Positions 28,901 through 35,100 of a DNA stretch of 57,401 nucleotides are shown piece by piece (within the stretch, counting starts at the first letter, position 1; each line of letters starts with the position of its first letter). The notes under the pieces were generated by a model. It was not told the DNA's origin and did not search any database. It saw only the letters and a program-made list of their open reading frames with translations. This DNA is from a virus (Duplodnaviria > Caudoviricetes). The DNA is taken from IMG/VR virus record IMGVR_UViG_3300011013_003468, positions 1-57,401 of that record. One strand, written 5' to 3'. The position numbers were made by a program, and so were the translations under genes.

Positions 28901-31900
28901 AGCATAAATTTCTTTATCTTTAGATTTATCATTTATATTACCTGTAAATTCTACTCTCATTGCATCAGGTTCTATAACTACTAAATTTTTTTGAGGTAAA
29001 GATTTGATAAATGTACTTTTACCACTTCTACTTGTTCCTATAGGTAATAATACATCAAACTTATATTGTCTATTCTTAATAGCTCTAATAATAGGATGTC
29101 CTAATATTTCGTGTATAGGAGTATCTAATGTTGCATGATTTAAATTTATTATTGCTGTATTATCTTTTAAATAACCTTTATAATTTTTATTATTATCTAA
29201 CCATTCTTCTGCATCTTCCTTTGAATTAGCATAATATATATCTTTATTTTTAGATTTTATTTCATTGTCTATTACAATCCATTGCCCATCTCTATATATT
29301 ATTTGTGGATTTTCAAATTCTATATCTAAACCAATTCTATAAGCCATTCTTTCAGCTAAATCTCTAATAGTTTTTTCAGAAGCTACATAATCTTCATCTG
29401 ATTGGTTAGTATTGTTTTGGTAATAAATATTATCATCTGAATTTTTCTTTACATTATTATAAGCTTCCTTTAAAGCTCTCATAAATCCTCCATTAGGACC
29501 TTCCCAAAATTTATCTCCAAATCCTTCATGTGTTGATTTATTTAAATATTCTAAACCTCCTCTTTCATCTATACCTTTTATTAATTCAGGATGCTGCTCA
29601 AATTTTAATTCGAGAATACGAACTATTATGTTAAAAGATTTAGATATATCTGCTTTAAATCTTCCTCTTGGTTTAAATACTCCTTTATTTCCTTGTCTAT
29701 AAGCAAGATCATCAAATTTACCTGATTTAAAAGTTTGATAAGCGTGTTCTGAATTTTTAAATATATATGTTTTTCCTGATTTTGTTTTTATTTTAATTTG
29801 CAAATTATTTCCAGGATTAGTTAATTTTCTAGCAAATTTAGAGCCTTTACTTGTTATATTTTCTCCTTTTATATTTTGTTTATTTTTATTTTCATTATTA
29901 TTTAAAATTAAAGGACTTAAATCTGCATCATTTATTTTATCTTCAAAAACATTATTATCTAAATTTATTAATCCTATATTTTCTTTTTTTAGATTTAATT
30001 TGTCTTCTTCTGCTAAATATAATTCTAATTTCTTTTCATTTATATTTTCTTTTTTTAAATTTTCTATATTAGATTTAAATTTATATATATTAGTTTTAAT
30101 TCTAACTTTTGATTTAGCTCTTGTTATAGCTGTATATATCCATCTATTTTTATTCCATTTATCAGATATCCAATCAGCATCTATATATACATTATTCCAC
30201 TCATTACCTTGAGATTTATGTGCTGTTATACTATATCCATAAGTAGCTATATTAACTTTTTTATCCCAAATATTTTCTTTACCATTATAAAAAGAAAATG
30301 GCTGTTGATGAAAAAATTCATTTGTTAATAATTGAGATCCATGTAATGATGGAATAGGTAATTCAGGAAATAATAAGGTATAAGTGCTAACTTCTTTATT
30401 ATTTAATATTGTATCATGATATATCAATATTCCTTTTAATTTTATATTTCTTGGATTAAATTCAGTACCAACATTTATTTCTTCTTCAAATTTTTTTATT
30501 ATTTCTGGATTTTTTACAGTATATATGTCACTGTTCATAAATGCATTGTTTGAAACAGAAATTAATTTTTCATTATTGTTAATAGCATTATTAGCTTTAT
30601 CACCATATTTAACTTCTCTTATTTTTCTATTATAAAAAAGTCTATTTTTATTTGTTGATACTATTACAACATATTCTTTATTATTTTTAAAATCATCAAC
30701 TAACTCTTGTCCAAAATTACTTACTTTTTTAAATTCATCAGAATTAGGATTATATATATTATCATTATTTGTTCTTAAATCTGTAGCTGATAATAATATA
30801 TCACCGTCTTGTCTTTTTACTTCTTGTAATTCATATTTATTTTCTTTTTTAAATATTTCTTTATTCCATTTAAATAATTCTGGATTTTTGCCTACAGGTT
30901 CTAATTGGAAACCATCACCCAAAAATATTATTTTATTATTACCTAATTTAGCTTCTTTTATTAAATCATTTAATATTTTTTCATCTATCATAGAAGCTTC
31001 ATCAATAATATATACTTCATCATTACCTAATCCTTTATTAATCCATTCACCTGTTTCTGGATCTGGTGAACCATATAAAACTTTATGTATTGTAGAAAAA
31101 TTATTATCATCTTTATCAGCATTGAATTTTTCTTTTAATCTTTTAACAGCTGCATTTGTTGGTGCTAATAACATTCCTTTTGAATAATTAGCTATATTTT
31201 CTGCAATAGTTGTTTTACCTGTTCCTGCAAAACCCGCTAATAAAAAGAAATTATCATTGGAATTTAAAAAATTTTCTATTTTTAATAAAGCATTCTTTTG
31301 ATCATTAGTATATATAATTTTATTTTTTCTCATACCTAAAATAGAACCTGATATATTTCTATTTAATTTATTTAATATTTTTTCTCTTTGACTTCCACTT
31401 TTATATACTTCTCGACCTTTTGATGTTTTATTTAAAGAAATAATTCTATTATCGTTTAAAATAAAATATTTACTATTGTTATATTCTATAATTCTATTTT
31501 CATCATATTGCTGCTTAATAAGAACTTTATTTTTAATTGTTTCATCGGTAACTTCTTTACCATTTTTATAAACCATTTTACTATCAGGCATTATTATTAT
31601 TTCATATTGGTCTATTTTAAATGTATTAGAAATAGATTTTTTAGTTTCTGATTTTTCAGATTGCTTTGATATTTCTGTTTTTTCTAAATTATTGTTTAAA
31701 TATTCTATTGCTTTATCATAAGAATCTATAAATTTATTACTATTAATAGCTTTAAATAATAATATCGGTTTTTTAAAATTTTTAGAAGCATATTTTAATA
31801 TTTTATTAATTATATTTTTTTTTAAAAAATCTTTTGATAATTCTGTTAATTGATTATTTATATTATTAATATTATCATTATAATTTATCTTTTCATCATC

Positions 31901-32128
31901 TAATATTCTATTTATTATATCTATTTTATTTGTAGGAATATTTTTACCTTTTGTTATATTCCATATTTTATATGCAACATTTATTGCAAATAAATCATTA
32001 TCTTTTCTCTTATTACGTAATTTTACTGACTTAAATTCTTCTATGCTTAATGGCTTTCCATCAAACATTTTAACAATTGAATTAAAATCATTTCTTACTT
32101 CTATATCATCTATTTGTGGACAAAACAT
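19913..32128 (-). CDS. 4071-aa polyvalent virion (ejection) protein: SF1B helicase, NADAR, zincin-like peptidases, polynucleotide kinase, CCA-adding enzyme/HD, membrane-spanning C-terminal region
   Basis: AGFAGTGKTT/DEASM/TAHKSQG/YTAITRA; FKNSEHAYQ..KFEQHPEL..DKFW; HEILGH; GTSRSGKST..DTTN; VGGAVRD..DID..RRDFT..EDPLR..LLHDIGK; HEIFTH; glycine-rich hydrophobic helices; adjacent to the virion RNAP. Confidence 0.88.
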   Translation of the reverse strand: MFCPQIDDIEVRNDFNSIVKMFDGKPLSIEEFKSVKLRNKRKDNDLFAINVAYKIWNITKGKNIPTNKIDIINRILDDEKINYNDNINNINNQLTELSKDFLKKNIINKILKYASKNFKKPILLFKAINSNKFIDSYDKAIEYLNNNLEKTEISKQSEKSETKKSISNTFKIDQYEIIIMPDSKMVYKNGKEVTDETIKNKVLIKQQYDENRIIEYNNSKYFILNDNRIISLNKTSKGREVYKSGSQREKILNKLNRNISGSILGMRKNKIIYTNDQKNALLKIENFLNSNDNFFLLAGFAGTGKTTIAENIANYSKGMLLAPTNAAVKRLKEKFNADKDDNNFSTIHKVLYGSPDPETGEWINKGLGNDEVYIIDEASMIDEKILNDLIKEAKLGNNKIIFLGDGFQLEPVGKNPELFKWNKEIFKKENKYELQEVKRQDGDILLSATDLRTNNDNIYNPNSDEFKKVSNFGQELVDDFKNNKEYVVIVSTNKNRLFYNRKIREVKYGDKANNAINNNEKLISVSNNAFMNSDIYTVKNPEIIKKFEEEINVGTEFNPRNIKLKGILIYHDTILNNKEVSTYTLLFPELPIPSLHGSQLLTNEFFHQQPFSFYNGKENIWDKKVNIATYGYSITAHKSQGNEWNNVYIDADWISDKWNKNRWIYTAITRAKSKVRIKTNIYKFKSNIENLKKENINEKKLELYLAEEDKLNLKKENIGLINLDNNVFEDKINDADLSPLILNNNENKNKQNIKGENITSKGSKFARKLTNPGNNLQIKIKTKSGKTYIFKNSEHAYQTFKSGKFDDLAYRQGNKGVFKPRGRFKADISKSFNIIVRILELKFEQHPELIKGIDERGGLEYLNKSTHEGFGDKFWEGPNGGFMRALKEAYNNVKKNSDDNIYYQNNTNQSDEDYVASEKTIRDLAERMAYRIGLDIEFENPQIIYRDGQWIVIDNEIKSKNKDIYYANSKEDAEEWLDNNKNYKGYLKDNTAIINLNHATLDTPIHEILGHPIIRAIKNRQYKFDVLLPIGTSRSGKSTFIKSLPQKNLVVIEPDAMRVEFTGNINDKSKDKEIYAEAAKRAINALKEGKQVVFDTTNLTKEKRLPFIRAIKKEIPTANIQYKLMELNPELAKKRIKAQLERGENRAAVSDKTIDRHAASYKQMLEDIKSEPISNFNEETSLYQSLLKELETGRGKEVLDRVKKYYKYKELSFKYRDEKKIEFGDYYTFKQYIKNSENFPNVKIVEKKYSLEEQQEEAIVQLLGEYIADRLDKVKDKNLISLLKELWEQMTDYMKSLFSKREVKIEELRPDMTLGNLADLLAYRNSKLILPGYEVIYTTPDNKTFKTYQEANNHITKLFKLKKINLDDYDDSVIPVDKFEIENEDIFKDDELEKFAEINKDFNLSIKIIKKWLKTNNIIYNPEEIYSRGQGFYSIVGGYSNFDLELMLQNLLNNIEDNKKAKIEFIVSALTKPINKRITKLEGFGNKIRIKIFPKSEDIKWAANRDVHSGSVWDSYAYFDKYLKKETAGISYTKAPESKSLNAVQPNLTNIINKLTYDHNELAIALTYNNFRIEYDDDVPYSTKKLIDGINDILDKRYGKLIEPKIKVQNDNNSYTLIKKMVKLKKRIKLLSYGKKYSNKNNELIKELKEQVEVIEKKLKDLEVNGEKKPTITYNNLKKDINDIYEEVINNENEEDDPKIKANVKIAALKEGMRKYPRILIRSKVKPINNNNNLFDVDEFPFQKVTKSEIENTLENFASDLSNRFNIPVELISEENAKEILNSSKNVFEQKLKIIKELENLKNIEKQKVDIPINEKLLNLLNPVLIELNNKNMNSLIVGGAVRDALLGKKPKDIDIEIYNVSLEELQSILEKYGKVNEVGKSFGILKFIPYKKGTTELVDIEEPFDFSIPRRENKTGKGYTGFKTEFDKNITIKEAAERRDFTWNSLGYNPISKTLYDYYGGIKDLKEGIIRHVSDKFKEDPLRILRAMQFQSRMGYKLASETANLIRDMVEKNMIDELPKERIEQEWLKWAIKGSNPQLIFDFLRDTGIGKKYFPKLIKLKDIEQDFEYHPEGDVEEHTKQVMNVANNIAKRENLNADEKAVLMFSALLHDIGKIDTTKKTFVPKKNREVITSRGHEAKSAEISEKFLKKLGIRNSIIKKVIPIIKEHLAHATITSIQDIKGQKSAFIKLSKRLESASIEELVRLMEADMLGRNNKNTPVPETIKKFNELLKEFKKEFGDSKKIKPLITGKDLLALGFKTGKELGNIVKAAMEAQINLEFTNRKDALEWLSNYLKNKYQINKKLEGQNFYQENNSDIPSGFYNSETKKAYLVKGKADKTSAIHEIFTHPFLLQIEKTNPELYNNLLEEAKSNKQVVDYVDKNYTSNKDHEYIARAIDLYAKNKLDKQKDKNLIDKIKMFWNNLIDYIKQLFNLSEIDSKNINPNTTLEELTKFVLNSNKKIDLSSNESNDNIFYQKSEDIKEQINNNITTILEELYPEINLKNIKFDIDNKNNLNALFAIVDNSDKKEDEYYLPYQYVHQYLEWFKDTPIVREGIEKWGSKEKLVEEVTNQVILQKGEANRWWKTFIHWIIKSFNNLAKATKERLRRTLADAFLLRIDLDYPTETIPYPNQKSYKNEKERIKKLIINDIFNRYRNNLDRIEDDSLIIKKGINGELVASKINMDYGSGIVYYDFYNNTNEIVIAPSKEYIKKVMNNNDIIERNFSDDFVPTLYTLDEEDLLPLSLNSNIIDLKNNFKNILNTNIKELEQRINRLRIKKRNSNPKEIKELDTEISKLYHIIENLNNIYELLKKKNVDYIKFLNSMINDHKYLIENILMKDPIKNKIEIQNIINFYKNIGNFEIDNKNLLFTKELLKMIGVDESLKEIKDLLYKIKDDFIGIENKLKNILADKVNEILSTSPLLKNFEGLTIEKLIKNKPDISIWDMMMQNLSTNTFSEDSLIPQIMLSEMRKAIDEANGDMAKVLNKLDTVQLKVEKKLKEYKSLGITATSYDIFFEKNLDGTKTGKLINIFSPKWFKDFKNKVIKEKNVKPKYRWLLKNANIIDINKLTDIVEKYKGTEFEEFLEEDKEYTENLKKILNPRLYNKIIKEIIENIEEFRAKSNVSEELIDGRIKDDEEHKEKIKNYLKYKNELSNPFYVAKYFEKNHGLSDNGYTLDIRYTTFLPKQKIKYKDAYTNKEIEKDTGYYNKDFKYILEDEDLYNYWEALEDALKYINITFSDQYHSLPASSIPAIENTFIEIMLDSNKKGTISSKKKSIFKNFLNSFSKNFVISKTIYDNEIVNKGINKKFYDRKQTELKTTIDKLLIYWKSINGKDIINNIHNLTNSQLTFLAEQFNVKPDINLLKKYIGILNIDVKELMYKIALNRITNESSQDIPRIIRTALTAAATYNARLETEPIMNTLKEYYTNIEKNTKIKGVMNLIEKLLNRTDKERVRANKRMEFAYNRLVKGKNKEISEKIFTGLKTKKPYYDKKIFKRFFMFLQTGALVSKEEFKEVKKFLGIRNNYLKELKKLENTNTDKAKQKELIDEIEKINNIINNVGDRLSIGSIVDGILSLIIFKGLAYNVSSAITNRIEGKFANMIADTSGLYWTPGNMGHAELFVSQGFRKRINKHSDFAKQWDILKHIIEDYKILQDTSNELQKNSVKSRFRNIHKLSPYHISISSIEFRNQGADVLAILQDTYITNAKTGEKVPIFDGNKFTAFEVVNDTLRLKEEFRSQENIDNWENFKGDNYNTFKNKVLQAIASIHGDYESLGGMLLKSNPAGRAVSLFKTWLPNQIWQRFATEQESIFTKDKKVKGRYRSFTPISGGIFGATIGLIGGPITSLITGALGATIASFNNVNTEIGFIKELAIVSFNILKKSLFTPLHLFGIATKYGQANLKSLKLNELDTKNLQANIADISILLAMIAFKLMLSSLRGADDDDDEEGKYKHKLYLFFENKIMNLISNATLYAKPKDIYNNYSQISLVTWLQNVIKLLGDIEKSIFGELNKTKNNKHPLLRDTNRAFIPAFVNYGGLGNYTKKDWTIPSKDYWDRKLIKEKKEKKKKEKKKK
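25250..26690 (-). other. domain: class II tRNA nucleotidyltransferase (CCA-adding) with HD domain (approximate bounds)
   Basis: VGGAVRDALLG-KDIDIE, PRRE, RRDFTWNSL, EDPLRILRAMQF, ERIEQEW, HPEGDVEEHT, LLHDIGK, LITGKDL. Confidence 0.92.
28600..29065 (-). other. domain: polynucleotide kinase-like P-loop kinase (AAA_33/Pnkp kinase; approximate bounds)
   Basis: PIGTSRSGKSTF, EPDAMR, VVFDTTNL, lid AKKRIKAQLERGENR. Confidence 0.8.
29440..29870 (-). other. domain: NADAR/YbiA-like hydrolase (approximate bounds)
   Basis: LTNP, FKNSEHAYQTFK, ILELKFEQHPEL, DKFWEG..GFMRALKE. Confidence 0.75.
30090..31320 (-). other. domain: Dda/RecD2-like SF1B helicase (approximate bounds)
   Basis: GFAGTGKTT, APTNAA, STIHK, IIDEASM, GDGFQLEPV, EVKRQ, YSITAHKSQG, YTAITRA. 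Confidence 0.92.
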
Positions 32129-32153
32129 AATTTATTTTTTTTACAAATTTAAA
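32126..32153 (-). promoter_or_regulatory. TAAATTTG (-7-like) promoter element and leader of the polyvalent gene
   Basis: Minus strand TTTAAATTTGTAAAAAAAATAAATTATG in the 30-nt intergenic gap. Confidence 0.6.
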
Positions 32154-32158
32154 AATTA

Positions 32159-35100
32159 TTAACAATTTTCATGTTCATTATCTAATATATTTTTTAATAT
32201 AGATAATTTTTTATTTATTTCTTCTTCTTCTTTATCTTTTTCTTTTTTTATATTCTTATTCATATTTTCTTCAATTTTATTTTCTTCAATTTTATTTTTT
32301 TCAACTTTATCTTCTTTTATTTCTTTTTCCTTTATATTTGATTCGGTTTTCTTATTATCTATTAAATTTTCAGGATAATATTCATTATATACAAAATTCA
32401 TAATTCTTATTGCTGCTTCTTCAGCTAATGAACCTTTTTTAAATATTCCTAATTTATTTAAAAAGTTTCTAATTGCATTAACAAATTTACTAATAATATT
32501 TTTCCCTTTATATTTTTTAGAATTTAATAATTGTATAAAATTTTTATTAGTGAACATACCTGTTATAAATTCTCTAACATTATATAAAGGATAAAATGCT
32601 TCTTCTTCAGGTGTTAAACTGACTTCTAAATTAGATAAATTATTAATACCTTGAATATGCATCTTATCTAATTTATTTTTCATAGAGATATAATAGGGAT
32701 TAGTACTAAATAATTTTAATGCTTCTATATATATATTTCCTAATTCTTTAACATGATCTGGTGCATTAGGATCTAATATTAATCTTCCATTTGATTTTAT
32801 AAAATATTTTTTTAATTCATCACTTGTTATACTATGAATATATTCATGAAGTAAATTTATTAATAATTTACTTGGTGTATTCGATTCATTTGGATTTAAT
32901 ATAATAGTACCATTTTTATAAGTACCTTTTGCGTTTAAAGAACTATCAAATTTAATATGTATTGTTGATTTATTAAATTTAATAAATTCTGTTATCAAAT
33001 CTTTAAATCTTTTATTATTATCATTTAATATTGATAATATATATCCTAACAATTCTTGTAATTGATCATTATCAATATAACTTTTAATTTTTTGTAATTT
33101 ATCTTCTTTTGTAGTATTACTAATAGATGCTTCTTTTGATTTTTCTATTTCTTTTTCAATATCTATTGCTAATAAACTATTTTTATTAAAAATTTTAATA
33201 TGACCTCTTTTAATCGTAGGTATTTCTATATATTTATTATTTATTAATTTATATAATTTATATCTTTTATTTTTATCATCTGTTTTTTGGTATTTGGCTA
33301 TAAATTCAGGAACTAAATCTGGATTTTCAATAGCTTGTTGTTCTAATTCTTTAATTTTATTATCATCTTTAACTTTATATGCGTATTCAGGATAATTTTG
33401 AAATAATTGTGTTATATAATTTGTTATATTTGTAGATAAATTAATAAAATCATTATAATTAAATAATTCTTTAGTAGCACCTATATTTTTAAAATAACTA
33501 AAAGGAATATATTTTGTAAATTCAACAGGACCAGTTTGTGGATTAGTTAATAAATTATAATTTATTAAATCTTGTGCATAATCTCTACTTGTATAAAAAC
33601 TTTCTATTTTATAATAATATTGTGGTTCAGTATATCCTGTATATCCCAATTCATTTAATTCTTCTACACTAAGTTTCCCATAATTAATTACTTTATAACT
33701 TTTACCATTTAATTTAAATTTTCCTCTTTCATTAATTTTTAAATCTAATTTATTTTCTTTACTTAATATTACATTAGCATTTGAAGAAATAATAGGTTCA
33801 AAAATTTTAGAATCTAATTCTTTATAATTAGCAGTATCATAATTATAATCTGGCAATTCTATATTTGAAGCTATTAACTCATCTATTGCAGAATATAAAG
33901 CATCTTCATATAGTAAAGATCCATTTGTGTTTACAAATTCTATTGTTGAATATTGACCACTCTTTTTAGCAATTTTAAAATCTAATCTTTTTAATAATTC
34001 ATTAGAAAATATCGGATGATTTCTATTTTTTAATAATTCTGAATATAATGCTAAAGATATATTATTTTTGGTATCTAATAACAATCTATTTCTTTCATTT
34101 TCTATAGTACCAGAATAAAAAGGTAAAATATCATCAGTTAATAAAAAATTTTTAATATTCGCCCAAAATATTTTACTATATTCTTTTTTCTTGTATTTAT
34201 TAGTTGCATTTGATGATGCTAAAAATTTATTTAATTCATTGTGTAATAAGAAATTAAATTCAGGATAATAAGAACTATAAAATTTTATAGTTGTAGACAA
34301 TCCTTGTAGTACCATATTAGATAAATAATTACTAGGTTTTATAAGAGTATTATATATTTCTATAAAACCCATATCTAAATACTTATTCTTATCAACAGTT
34401 GATGTAATTGGTATTACTTCACCTAATAAAACATTAGGATTTTCAAACAATCCGTTTGGAGATATTAAATATTCTAAATTATTAACAAGATCTTTTATTT
34501 CTGTAAAATCACCTGCCAAACGCTTAGATATATCCAAAGCTGTTACTGTATTTAATAATACATCATTATATTGACTCAAATTAAGAAATGTTTTTAATAT
34601 TATAGCTTGAAATTCTTTATTAGGATTAGTTAAATTATTTATTAAATCTTCTACATTTATAATTTTATCAGTATTTATATTATCAAAATTTTCTATGTTG
34701 TATTTTTTTAATATTTTTTCTAATAATTTACTTTCAGCATTGGCTTCATAATCTGAACTAGCAGCTTTTAAATTTTCTATCTCTTTAACATATTCTTTAA
34801 TAATAGGTTGTGATAAAAAATAATATGATAAATAAATATTACCTTGTGAACTTTTTGCTTGATCAAAGCCTGCTAATGTTAATAATTCATCTACATTTAC
34901 TGTATGTTTATTTAAATTAACTTTACCTAATACATTAGCTTTCATATTATCTACCGCTGTTTGTACTCTTTCTTCTATTACTTCTGTTATATTTCTATTA
35001 CCATCTAAAGTTTTTATTTTTCCTAATTTACCATCAAAACTTATAATGTTACCTTCAATATCTTTAAATTTTGGAAATATACTTGGATCTGATACTTTTA

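Noticed and set aside
28790-29097. PIIRAIK / PFIRAIK similarity as a target-site duplication for the kinase insert
   Set aside because: The second copy lies inside the kinase domain rather than at its far boundary; probably coincidence.
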